A stretch of 64,000 nt of DNA from the NCBI GenBank assembly GCA_963836075.1, contig CAWIIB010000009.1, forward strand, positions 1,824,001-1,888,000, given 5' to 3'. How positions within the stretch are numbered: the first letter of the stretch is position 1; each line of letters begins with the position of its first letter. This stretch comes from an uncultured Acidobacteriota bacterium. Lineage in GTDB: Bacteria > Acidobacteriota > JAQAZP01. The notes under the pieces are model-generated. The model worked only from the letters and a program-made list of their open reading frames with translations, did not search any database and was not told the origin of the DNA. This document shows positions 31,401 through 38,811 of the stretch, one piece after another. A program made the position numbers and the translations under genes.

Positions 31401-31585
31401 AGCTCGCTGAGCGCCACGAAGGCGGCATCGCCGGTTGGCCGGTCGCCCATTTCAACCCCGCTTCTCCAGCTGATCTCAGCCTGTGCCGTCCAGGCCGGGC
31501 CGAACAGCAGCAGGGCCGTGGTGATGATGGCAGTGATCACCAGGGCTGGGTGGAATCCTCTTCTGTACACAGAACTACCTGACAT
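25487..31585 (-). CDS. Large secreted S8 (subtilisin-like) serine peptidase with Cys/Asp repeats and duplicated C-terminal beta domains
   Basis: Signal peptide (AQA-E) and triad VYD / HATHVSGTIGG / GTSMASP. Repeats DCNxNGVPDxC and DSDGDGxxDCxDGCPxDP, and two ~290-aa repeated modules beginning MESGTV and METGTV. Confidence 0.9.
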   Translation of the reverse strand: MSGSSVYRRGFHPALVITAIITTALLLFGPAWTAQAEISWRSGVEMGDRPTGDAAFVALSELSKSGSGQHIVVQFSKPVTLEEKAALETLGVGLHSYLGSNAFFATLKTGGLETTDLRAAPTLISAMPIELEWKLAPSILANEYPDYAIAVDADTKEALVAAYVMFHRDIPLDKGWALARAHKATVVSEIVSINMLVVEMPLKALLDLAAEDAVMWVEPPLPFMTETNDSNSVVTQADSAQTAPYNLDGSGINVLVYDAAYALASHSDFSGRLTVRDSSGLGDHATHVSGTIGGDGSGNSNYEGMAPGVTIQSYGFQYDGSGTFLYTNPGDLESDYNQAINTYGVDISNNSIGSNIESNGFNCAYQGDYGATAALIDEIVGGSLGAPFRIVWANGNERGGSRCDVEGYGDYYSVPPPAGAKNQIAVGALNSDNDSMTYFSSWGPTDDGRMKPDISGPGCQSGGDGGVTSCSSSGGYTTMCGTSMASPTVTGCLALLLEDFRAQYPAQNDPRNSTLKILLAHNAVDLGNTGPDYQYGFGSIRIVDTIDFMRGGEFEENSVSQGGTVTYQVVVPGGTSELKITMAWDDVAGTPNVNPNLVNDLDLVVMSPSSVRAYPWTLNPTSPSSSAVRNQADHTNNIEQVLVDNPEAGTWTVTVQGYSVPDGPQSFSICGSPTLGVAGPADCNNNGVPDDQDISGGTSLDCNGNGVPDECDISYGTSTDCNSNGIPDDCEPGGGDDCNNNGQSDLCDIALGTSEDCNANGIPDDCEVGSGASTISFTLDTNPGWSIEGLWGFGTPTGGGGQYGGPDPSSAYTGSNVYGYNLSGDYENSLPERHLTTTAIDCSNIYDVSLSFRRWLGVERSTYDHAYIRVSNDGSSWTTIWQNPDSATEDASWTLQSYDISAVADYEGTVYIRWTQGTTDSSWQYCGWNIDDVEVTGTSAGGGPGDCNDNGVPDECDITDGTSEDCNSNGVPDECDIADGTSLDGNGNGIPDECESVDCNNNGVPDAQDISEGTSQDCDGNGVPDECQTDSDGDGLIDPCDGCPADPDKTVPGNCGCGTPDTDSDGDGVPDCNDGCPNDPNKIAPGDCGCGVPDVDSDGDGVADCADGCPNDPNKIAPGDCGCGVLDVDSDGDGVADCIDGCPSDPNKIAPGECGCGVPDVDSDGDGTLDCNDGCPDDPNKTDPGICGCGVPDGDSDGDGWIDCDDNCPGTYNPGQEDCDNDGIGDACAGEPDCNLNGIPDSCDITDGTSQDTNSNGIPDECEVGPEAKMESGTVTAGGSATSVALVNTYVSPVVVCAVNYSANAIPVVARVSNVTTNSFDVRLQNPSGSAVSAEEVSYLVMEEGVWTIDGVNCEAQTYLSTVTDENGSWVGETQAYGQGYTTPVVLGQVMSENDSDWSVFWSYGSSRSSAPSASVLKTGKTVCEDTDITRADETIGFIVFEAGHGTIGGVDFEAVMGSDLIEGVTNSPPYTYTFNTAFASAPAVNVVTQAGMDGSNGGWAQTHGTPASATNLYLSIDEDQIMDTERGHITEQVAYAVFETAMVYPAGMIDCNNNGVPDSEDISGGTSQDCDGNGVPDECQADSDGDGVIDPCDGCPADPDKLAPGDCGCGTPDTDSDGDGTADCMDGCPSDPNKIAPGDCGCGTPDTDSDGDGVADCIDGCPSDPNKFDPGICGCGVPDTDGDGDGWADCVDNCPATYNPGQEDCDNDGIGDACAGEPDCNSNGTPDSCDIADGTSEDTDLNGIPDECETGPQARMETGTVTVGGTPVTVNLNNTYTSAVVVCSADYNNNSIPIVTRVSNVTANSFDVRLQNPSDSGVAAETVSYIVMEEGTWTIDGVNCEAQTYLSTVTDENNSWNGESQTYGQSYTNPVVLGQVMTENDPDWSAFWCAGSARSNIPTATALITGKEVAEDPDTTRANETVGFIVFEAGHGTIGGSAFEAKVGADSVRGPDNGGPYAYTFDTAFGGVPAVAVITMAAMDGGNGGWANTVGGVSASGMDLWVDEDQVNDNERRHTTEQVGYVVFQTSVTVN
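26340..29545 (-). repeat. Coding repeats (DCNxNG and thrombospondin type-3-like Ca-binding)
   Basis: Repeated GCAGCCGCAGTCGCCGGG...GATCTTGTT units inside the S8 gene. Confidence 0.8.
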
Positions 31586-31770
31586 TGGAAACTCCCCCTT
31601 CTTTTGGTTGTAGGTCATACGATCGCTTTGGCAATGACGACAGTTATTTGAGGAGGCAAAACCACTTGGCCGGCAGTTGCTGTGCTGACCGGCCACGACA
31701 CTATTGTCCTTAATATATGGCAAGGAAGGGGGAAATTCAATATTTTGGAGGAGAAAATTGACTTAGAAAC

Positions 31771-31965
31771 AGACATAGGGGACGCACATAACTTCTATAA
31801 CTTGCGGATAACCTGTTTTATTTTATCTGGATAGACTTACGTTTTCAGGGGCGTGACTGACGAATCCATGGTTCATGCCCCGCAGCACCTGGTCCGTTCC
31901 CTGCAACGCTCTATAGCTCAACGGAATATGGGAATGTTATAAAGTTATCTGCGTCCCCGGTGTCT
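31771..31965. mobile_element. About 195-bp MITE/REPIN-like element
   Basis: About 30-bp imperfect terminal IR AGACATAGGGGACGCACATAACTTCTATAAC / GTTATAAAGTTATCTGCGTCCCCGGTGTCT, with internal hairpin GGGGCGTGA..TCATGCCCC. Abuts the methyltransferase stop. Confidence 0.6.
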
Positions 31966-33013
31966 AGTTGGCAGCATCGATCATCACCATACCGTCGGTG
32001 AAGCGCCGGGCCGGGCCACTGGAAAAGGTGAGGTCGGTGCGGGTGATGGCGGTGAACCCGGCGGAGCGCAGCTGAGTCTCCAGCAGCTCTGCCGAGGGGA
32101 AGGCGAATTCCGGGTCATCCAGCGAGTGCTGGAGCGCCCAGTGTATCCGGGTCCAGGGGGCTTCACCACCACCCGGGGCCAACTGGTCCACGATCACCAG
32201 CCGGCCGCCCGGGTTCAGAGCGGAGCGGACTTTGCGAAAAAGATCCTCCCCGTAGGTGTCCACGTCACACTCCAGCACAAGGTCGAAGCTGACCGGCAGC
32301 GGATCATCGAGGAAGTCGGCCTCGTGCCAGCTGATGCGACCGGTCTCCTCCCCGTCCCCCGCAATTTCCCGGCCCACCCGGCATACGGTGGGAACGTCCA
32401 CCACCACCGACCGCAGCTGCGGGTGGCGGCGAAGCAGCGCGAGAGAAAAGATGCCGGACCCGCCGCCCAGGTCCATCATCCGGGTGACACCGTCCATCCT
32501 CAGCATGGACGCCAGTTCCTCAGCCATCCACCGGTGAAAGTCGCGGAGCATTCTGGTGAAGTGCAGGGCCAGGGCCGGGTCCGCCGTCATTTCAGCCAGG
32601 TAGTCACGTCGTTTCAGGCCCAGCGCATCCCGGGCCGAGCCGGGCTTTTTGAGATGAACGGCCAGGTCGCGCACCCAGCGGTTCAGCCCCCGGGTTTCCA
32701 TGGCCAGGTGGGCCCAACTCTCCCGTTCGAAGGTGTCGATGATGGCGGAACGTGCGGTGCTGGTGGGGCCAAAGCCGCCGGCGGTTTTTTCCACCAGGCC
32801 GGCCCGCTCCAGGAGCTGCAGCCAGTAACGGCAGCGGCCCGGGGGGATGCTGAGCCTGGCCGCGATGGCGCGGGAGGGAAGAGGCTGTTCATCGATCAAC
32901 CAGAAGAGGCCCAGCTCCAGGGCCGCGCCCAGGGCGGCGGAAGCGAAGGAGGCATCGAGGAGGTCGAGGACCTGGTCGGTGGTGGAAGGTTTCACCGGTC
33001 GGGCTCCAACCAT
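31964..33013 (-). CDS. SAM-dependent O-methyltransferase (dimerisation + Methyltransf_2)
   Basis: ALGAALELGLF, MDLGGGSG, ADFLDDPLP..FDLV, ALNPGGRLVIVD. Confidence 0.85.
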   Translation of the reverse strand: MVGARPVKPSTTDQVLDLLDASFASAALGAALELGLFWLIDEQPLPSRAIAARLSIPPGRCRYWLQLLERAGLVEKTAGGFGPTSTARSAIIDTFERESWAHLAMETRGLNRWVRDLAVHLKKPGSARDALGLKRRDYLAEMTADPALALHFTRMLRDFHRWMAEELASMLRMDGVTRMMDLGGGSGIFSLALLRRHPQLRSVVVDVPTVCRVGREIAGDGEETGRISWHEADFLDDPLPVSFDLVLECDVDTYGEDLFRKVRSALNPGGRLVIVDQLAPGGGEAPWTRIHWALQHSLDDPEFAFPSAELLETQLRSAGFTAITRTDLTFSSGPARRFTDGMVMIDAAN

Positions 33014-33022
33014 GGATCAGGG

Positions 33023-33220
33023 CTAGTAGGGAAGGATCCTGCCATGAACGAACCAGTGGTAGATGACATAGAACCAGCTGCAGGCCGCGTGGATCAGGGC
33101 CCAGAGCAGACTGTGATTTGTCTGCCAGCTGAGAATCGCCGCCAGCACCGCGCCGATGCTGCCGAAAACGCCGCCGCCGCAGCAGCCGCAACCGCCCTTG
33201 CTACTTTTCTCTCTACCCAT
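33023..33220 (-). CDS. Small two-TM membrane protein
   Basis: GSIGAVLAAILSWQTNHSLLWALIHAACSWFYVIY, with N-terminal GGCGCCGG. Confidence 0.65.
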   Translation of the reverse strand: MGREKSSKGGCGCCGGGVFGSIGAVLAAILSWQTNHSLLWALIHAACSWFYVIYHWFVHGRILPY

Positions 33221-34214
33221 TCCCATTCCCCTCGTGTGATTCACCCATGTCCCTTACGGAGGCGGAACCCGTTCTGTTCGTCCCCTCGAACCCTCCCGGC
33301 TCCTCGCCCGGGCGGGGTGCGCCGGCGATCAGTGACGGCAGGTAGGCCCGGATCAGCGGGTCGTCATAGTATTTCTCGATCGCCTTGAGCTTGTCCAGTT
33401 CAAATTTTTCGCCGTGACACTGGACCAGCAGTTCACCGAAGAAATCGAACACCCGCTTGAATTCATCCATGTCGTTGACCACTTCTTCGGAGATCTTCGA
33501 CAGGCAGTGGATGGCCTTTTCCTTCGAATCGTAGATGAAGAGGTTGAACGTGGCCAGGGTCTCGAAGTAGTGCACAAGCCCATAGGCATAAGGGGTTTCC
33601 TGACTCTTCAGCACGGAATAGGCCAGGGCCAGGTCGTTCCGTGCGCGCTCACGTTCGCCGATGACCGCATGGCTGTTGGCCAGGTTGATGTAGATTGTGG
33701 CCAGTATTTTGTGTTCGATGGAAATGGCACGATCCCGGGCCAGCATGTAGTGTTCGATGGCTTTTTCAGGCTTGCCGATTTTGTCGAAATAGCGGCCGCA
33801 GCCGATGTGGTAGCGGCAGACCAGATAGACCGGGTCGCTGCCGTCATCCGCATCAACATTGAAATCGATCAGGTTGGCCGCCAGCCCGAGGTAGTCGAGA
33901 CAGAGGTCCGCTTTGCCCCGGCTGAGTTGTATCTTGGCCAGTTCCAGAGAGAGGTGTGATCGGAGAAACAGGTCCAGGTGGACATCCCTCTCCAGTTCCT
34001 CGAGCAGCTCCATGGCGATCTGCTTCTGGCCACGGTTGAAATACATGGATGACAGGTAGAGCTGGGCCCGCTGCCTGTCATAGGGCGGTTTGTCGGGGGG
34101 CCAGGTGTCGATGACCTCCAGCAGCAGCCTGATGGCCGGCCGGCACTCTCCACTGTCGTAGAGTTCGGTTGCCCTGTCGATGCGACGGTCAGTCATTGGC
34201 CGCTCGTCACTCAT
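33213..34214 (-). CDS. Tetratricopeptide-repeat protein
   Basis: Helical repeats such as IGKPEKAIEHYMLA and LATIYINLANSHAVIGERERA. Confidence 0.65.
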   Translation of the reverse strand: MSDERPMTDRRIDRATELYDSGECRPAIRLLLEVIDTWPPDKPPYDRQRAQLYLSSMYFNRGQKQIAMELLEELERDVHLDLFLRSHLSLELAKIQLSRGKADLCLDYLGLAANLIDFNVDADDGSDPVYLVCRYHIGCGRYFDKIGKPEKAIEHYMLARDRAISIEHKILATIYINLANSHAVIGERERARNDLALAYSVLKSQETPYAYGLVHYFETLATFNLFIYDSKEKAIHCLSKISEEVVNDMDEFKRVFDFFGELLVQCHGEKFELDKLKAIEKYYDDPLIRAYLPSLIAGAPRPGEEPGGFEGTNRTGSASVRDMGESHEGNGNG

Positions 34215-34463
34215 CTACTCAAGGCACGCTGGAGTAGAGCGTGCAGAATGCTGCTGTAGCCTGGCAAGAGGTGCCCGATGGCAGAAATCTTCGTATTGAT
34301 GATAAATATAGGTTTTGCCTTTCAGGAAATCAAGACTCTCTTTCGCCTGTACTATCTCCAGTAGCGGCCAACAGCAGGTTCCCTGTAGAATATCGCCCGA
34401 ATTGCCCTGCGGCCCGTGGCCGGTGATTTCAGCACCTGATATCGCACTGCATCGAGCGGGTTC

Positions 34464-35006
34464 ATGATCATTTTCTACAGCACCGTCCTCGCCCTCTGCG
34501 GCCTGGCCGTGCTTTTTCTACTTCGGGTCGGCTACTGGTATTACTGCCAGTATCGCTTCGTGGAGGTGATCAAGGGCCGCCTGTTCCGCTGCAAGGCCAT
34601 GCCCGGGGCCAGGCTGCTGAAGACGGTGCGCACCCACGGTATCCGCACGGTGATCGACCTGCGCCGGCCGGCAAACTCCGGCAGGAGTATCGAGGAAGAG
34701 CGCCGCTGTCTCGAGGAGGAGGGGATCGGCTACGTCAACGTGCCGGCCAACCAGTCCCCCTCGCCGGAGACCGTGGGGGCGTTTCTCGAGGCCGTACAGG
34801 CGGCGGAGCCCGGGCCGCTGCTGGTCCACTGCCGCGACGGGAGGGGGCGCTGCGTTTTTTACTGCGCCATCTACCTCATCGAACGCGAGGGGCTCTCCCC
34901 GGATCAGGCCCGGCGCAAGTGCCGGCTGGTGGCCAGCCGCGGCACCTTCTCACCCACCGGCGCCAAGGGCCGTTTCCTCCTCGAGTACACCCCGAAACGC
35001 GGCTAA
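34464..35006 (+). CDS. Membrane-anchored protein-tyrosine/dual-specificity phosphatase family protein
   Basis: GIRTVIDLR; P-loop LVHCRDGRGR (Cx5R); N-terminal TM helix. Confidence 0.8.
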   Translation: MIIFYSTVLALCGLAVLFLLRVGYWYYCQYRFVEVIKGRLFRCKAMPGARLLKTVRTHGIRTVIDLRRPANSGRSIEEERRCLEEEGIGYVNVPANQSPSPETVGAFLEAVQAAEPGPLLVHCRDGRGRCVFYCAIYLIEREGLSPDQARRKCRLVASRGTFSPTGAKGRFLLEYTPKRG

Positions 35007-35851
35007 GCCTGAACCAGCGCTTTGCGGTTCGATTCCTCGGCAAATTTTCTGCAGGCTTCCCAGTCCCCGGCGTAGAACTGGCGCACCCGTTGAAGCTCTT
35101 CCGTTGAGATCAGCGGTTCGCTGCCCAGTGCTGACCGGGGGACGGCGTGCGCTGCGGCCAGCACCGCGTGGACGAGGATGAGACGCGACCGGACCTGCAG
35201 CCAGTGGAGCAGCCGGTTGTTCACCTGCGGCCGGGGACGCCAGGGGAGGCGCCGGGAGATCGATCGCATCACCTTGAGCTGCTTTTCGCTGAACGACGCG
35301 TGCACTCGGCCGAGATCGATTTTCTCCGGCTGGTAGGTGGCGCCGATATAGCGGGCCATGGCTTCGAGAACCCGGTGGGGCTCTTCCAGCAGGTCCTGGT
35401 GAAAGAGCACCAGCGGCGGGCGGTGGAAGCTGGTTTCCAGCATCTGAAGCAGGGGCAGGAAGAGCATCTCTTCCTGTTTCCAGATTCCCCGGTCACGGTC
35501 CAGGTCAAGGAAACCGCTGAACTCGGCGTAGCGGGCATTCTTCAGGAAGCGGCGGTATTGCGAGGCGGCGTAGCCGTCGTGGCGCCGCAGCAGGATGATC
35601 GTGCCGGCCTGGGGAAAATGTCCGGCAAACCGGTTCACTTCCTGTTGGAACTGACGGTCGAACTCGCGGGATACCAGGTAGTTCTGGTGCGCACCGCCAT
35701 TGATCACCCCGGAGTAGCGGCGGTAGTGGCGGCGCGGCACGTAGTAGACCCCGTCAAGCCGGGGAAAGAAACGGTGCTGCAGCCAGGTGGAGGCTGTCTT
35801 GGCCAGTCCCGGGTGAAAACAGACCCGGGGCCCGGACTGTTTCTGGGGCAT
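35003..35851 (-). CDS. Sulfotransferase-like P-loop protein
   Basis: HPGLAKTASTWLQ (PAPS-loop-like), LVSRE, IILLRR...SQYR. Confidence 0.65.
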   Translation of the reverse strand: MPQKQSGPRVCFHPGLAKTASTWLQHRFFPRLDGVYYVPRRHYRRYSGVINGGAHQNYLVSREFDRQFQQEVNRFAGHFPQAGTIILLRRHDGYAASQYRRFLKNARYAEFSGFLDLDRDRGIWKQEEMLFLPLLQMLETSFHRPPLVLFHQDLLEEPHRVLEAMARYIGATYQPEKIDLGRVHASFSEKQLKVMRSISRRLPWRPRPQVNNRLLHWLQVRSRLILVHAVLAAAHAVPRSALGSEPLISTEELQRVRQFYAGDWEACRKFAEESNRKALVQA

Positions 35852-35897
35852 GCTTCGCGACTCCTTCCCCTCATTCTAGGTTCTTCCCCGTACATTG

Positions 35898-35922
35898 AAA
35901 AGGGGGCGCACGGAGCGCCCCC
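35898..35922 (-). terminator. Intrinsic terminator after microprotein copy 1
   Basis: AAAA-GGGGGCGC-ACGGA-GCGCCCCC (stem GGGGGCGC/GCGCCCCC). Confidence 0.65.
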
Positions 35923-35940
35923 GGGTGATCGGATCATTCT

Positions 35941-36113
35941 TCAGTTGTTCTGGGGGTTGAACGACTCGTTGACGCAGTGGCCAACTCGTCGGGGCTGACG
36001 TTGTTCCGGTCTGAGATGGCGTCCTTGGGGCAGATCCAGGTGTTGCCGTCCTCGGTTTTGATCCAGACCATCGGCTTGGCCGCTTTCCACTCGTTGCTCT
36101 TTTCTTTGATCAT
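35941..36113 (-). CDS. 57-aa two-Cys microprotein, copy 1 (1-nt deletion near 35979)
   Basis: Corrected: MIKEKSNEWKAAKPMVWIKTEDGNTWICPKDAISDRNNVSPDELADCVNESFNPQNN; RBS GGGAGGACAGG. Confidence 0.7.
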
Positions 36114-36261
36114 CGTCCTGTCCTCCCGTGACACCGGCGGTGTCGAAAATTTGTTGTTTCGGTTTCTATGTGCGTCGTCGTAATCAGTGGAGTTTCTTCT
36201 ACTTTTTGTTTTTGTTTCCGGCCCCTGACGCCTCGCGGGGTCAGGGGCCGGCTCAGAACAC

Positions 36262-37044
36262 TTACTGCATGTCGATGGTCTGGATGAAGAGGGTGAAGCT
36301 GTCGTCAAACAGGCTGCCGATGGCATACACGATGTAGTTGATGCCGGGCTCGAAGACAACCGTGCCCGAAGAGAATGCGGGTTCGGTGGATCCGGCCGGG
36401 TAGAGCATGCCGTTCAGTTCGCCGGCCCAGAGGTCCACGGAACCGAAGGAGCTGGGCTTCATGCCATCGTTGTTGGTCAGGTTCTGTCCACCCACGAACA
36501 GCGAGCGGCCGGCATAGCCGGACTCGGAGGTGAAGACCCGCTGCAGGTCGAGGTCCACGGCCGGGGCGTCAGCGGTGTGGCGGACGGTGATCCGGGTACG
36601 GCCGTTGCGCAGCGGGGCGGTGTTGTTCTCGAAGAGCGACAGGGCGATGCCGTTGCTATCACCGTCGATGAAGGTCAGGTGGGCAATGATGGTGTAGTCA
36701 CTGCCCGGCTCGGGGCTGACCGTGCGGGACAGCACCGTGGTGCCCTGGAGCTTGATCTCGATGTCGTAGTCGCCGCGGGGCAGGGCCAGGGGACCGGCGC
36801 TCTCGTTGAAGTCGAAGGAGAGCAGGTAGTCGCCGTTGACATAGACATCCACGGGAACCGGGAGGCCGGGGATGGCGTGGATGGCGGTGAGCATGGCCTC
36901 GTCCACTTCGGTGGTGTAGGCGTCATCGTTGAACGGGGCGGCACGGAAGCTGTCGGCAGCCTTGAAGGCTCTGACGTCGGCGGTGGCGCCGGCGGCCACG
37001 AGAATCAGCATCAGGGAAGCGAGGGAAGCAACTTTCTTCAACAT
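36262..37044 (-). CDS. Secreted DUF4397-like protein, copy 1
   Basis: Signal peptide; AIHAIPGLPVPVDVYVNG and VRHTADAPAVD repeats; YAIGSL. Confidence 0.75.
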   Translation of the reverse strand: MLKKVASLASLMLILVAAGATADVRAFKAADSFRAAPFNDDAYTTEVDEAMLTAIHAIPGLPVPVDVYVNGDYLLSFDFNESAGPLALPRGDYDIEIKLQGTTVLSRTVSPEPGSDYTIIAHLTFIDGDSNGIALSLFENNTAPLRNGRTRITVRHTADAPAVDLDLQRVFTSESGYAGRSLFVGGQNLTNNDGMKPSSFGSVDLWAGELNGMLYPAGSTEPAFSSGTVVFEPGINYIVYAIGSLFDDSFTLFIQTIDMQ

Positions 37045-37133
37045 TTTCTTTCTCCTTAAGGTCTATCGTTTTGTCCTGTCCAAGTTTCAGTTTGCGGGGC
37101 GGCTTCACTGTCCGCTCCCGATGTTCGAGATCA

Positions 37134-37180
37134 ATATACAGACTCAGAATCAGCTTGTCAAGTAAAAATCTAAAAAACTA
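37134..37180 (-). promoter_or_regulatory. Sigma70 promoter with CarH-type repeats, DUF4397 copy 1
   Basis: Minus strand: TTTTTTAGATTTTTAC-TTGACA-N17-TATATT. Confidence 0.65.
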
Positions 37181-37491
37181 TGAAAATAATATAGACAGAA
37201 TATAATGTACTAGACATACCGCCGCCCCTGCTTTTGATGGAAAGGCTTTATTGATTATAGACATTAATGGCCTCATCGGCCCAGGTTGCGTTGTTTATTA
37301 CTACGTAGACAAATAATAGACATTTGTGGGGCATGTGGCGTCGCGATACTGCAAACCTGCTCTCCGGATATGGTGCGGACAGGTCTTGCGAGGTTGTTAA
37401 GCCTGGTCTCTATAAAAGGAAGGGGGCGCCGGAGCGCCCTTGAAGGAGTGTTGGATTTCGCGTCGGTGAGAGACGCGGGCATGAGGACGTA

Positions 37492-37665
37492 TTAGTTGTT
37501 CTGTGGGTTGTGCGACTCGTTGACGCAGTCGGCCAGCTCGGCCGCGCTGACATTCTTTCGGTCGGTGATGGCGTCCTTGGGGCAGATCCAGGTGTTGCCG
37601 TCCTCGGTTTTGATCCAGACCATCGGCTTGGCCGCTTTCCACTCGTTGCTCTTTTCTTTGATCAT
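37492..37665 (-). CDS. 57-aa two-Cys microprotein, copy 2
   Basis: MIKEKSNEWKAAKPMVWIKTEDGNTWICPKDAITDRKNVSAAELADCVNESHNPQNN; strong RBS; terminator-like hairpin at 37414-37441. Confidence 0.75.
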   Translation of the reverse strand: MIKEKSNEWKAAKPMVWIKTEDGNTWICPKDAITDRKNVSAAELADCVNESHNPQNN

Positions 37666-37813
37666 CGTCCTGTCCTCCCGTGACACCGGCGGTGTCGAAA
37701 ATTTGTTGTTTCGGTTTCTATGTGCGTCGTCGTAATCAGTGGAGTTTCTTCTACTTTTTATTTTTGTTTCCGGCCCCTGACGCCTCGCGGGGTCAGGGGC
37801 CGGCTCAGAACAC

Positions 37814-38596
37814 TTACTGCATGTCGATGGTCTGGATGAAGAGGGTGAAGCTGTCGTCAAACAGGCTGCCGATGGCATACACGATGTAGTTGATGCCGGG
37901 CTCGAAGACAACCGTGCCCGAAGAGAATGCGGGTTCGGTGGATCCGGCCGGGTAGAGCATGCCGTTCAGTTCGCCGGCCCAGAGGTCCACGGAACCGAAG
38001 GAGCTGGGCTTCATGCCATCGTTGTTGGTCAGGTTCTGTCCACCCACGAACAGCGAGCGGCCGGCATAGCCGGACTCGGAGGTGAAGACCCGCTGCAGGT
38101 CGAGGTCCACGGCCGGGGCGTCAGCGGTGTGGCGGACGGTGATCCGGGTACGGCCGTTGCGCAGCGGGGCGGTGTTGTTCTCGAAGAGCGACAGGGCGAT
38201 GCCGTTGCTATCACCGTCGATGAAGGTCAGGTGGGCAATGATGGTGTAGTCACTGCCCGGCTCGGGGCTGACCGTGCGGGACAGCACCGTGGTGCCCTGG
38301 AGCTTGATCTCGATGTCGTAGTCGCCGCGGGGCAGGGCCAGGGGACCGGCGCTCTCGTTGAAGTCGAAGGAGAGCAGGTAGTCGCCGTTGACATAGACAT
38401 CCACGGGAACCGGGAGGCCGGGGATGGCGTGGATGGCGGTGAGCATGGCCTCGTCCACTTCGGTGGTGTAGGCGTCATCGTTGAACGGGGCGGCACGGAA
38501 GCTGTCGGCAGCCTTGAAGGCTCTGACGTCGGCGGTGGCGCCGGCGGCCACGAGAATCAGCATCAGGGAAGCGAGGGAAGCAACTTTCTTCAACAT
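37814..38596 (-). CDS. Secreted DUF4397-like protein, copy 2
   Basis: Translation identical to copy 1; own promoter TTGACA-N17-TATATT near 38685-38713. Confidence 0.75.
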   Translation of the reverse strand: MLKKVASLASLMLILVAAGATADVRAFKAADSFRAAPFNDDAYTTEVDEAMLTAIHAIPGLPVPVDVYVNGDYLLSFDFNESAGPLALPRGDYDIEIKLQGTTVLSRTVSPEPGSDYTIIAHLTFIDGDSNGIALSLFENNTAPLRNGRTRITVRHTADAPAVDLDLQRVFTSESGYAGRSLFVGGQNLTNNDGMKPSSFGSVDLWAGELNGMLYPAGSTEPAFSSGTVVFEPGINYIVYAIGSLFDDSFTLFIQTIDMQ

Positions 38597-38811
38597 TTTC
38601 TTTCTCCTTAAGGTCTATCGTTTTGTCCTGTCCAAGTTTCAGTTTGCGGGGCGGCTTCACTGTCCGCTCCCGATGTTCGAGATCAATATACAGACTTGAT
38701 AATCGAATGTCAAGAGTTTTTATAAAATTATTTAAAAAAAATATAGACAGTAAATCGGCCAACAAAATAGGGACGGAAGGAGAGCGGAATTACCTGGGCC
38801 AATGATGGGGG

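Larger units (their letters stand above)
36015..38696. repeat. Tandem duplication with period 1552 bp (36015-37144 vs 37567-38696)
   Basis: About 1130 bp identical apart from one visible substitution (G36208 / A37760). The flanks are homologous but diverged. Confidence 0.92.
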
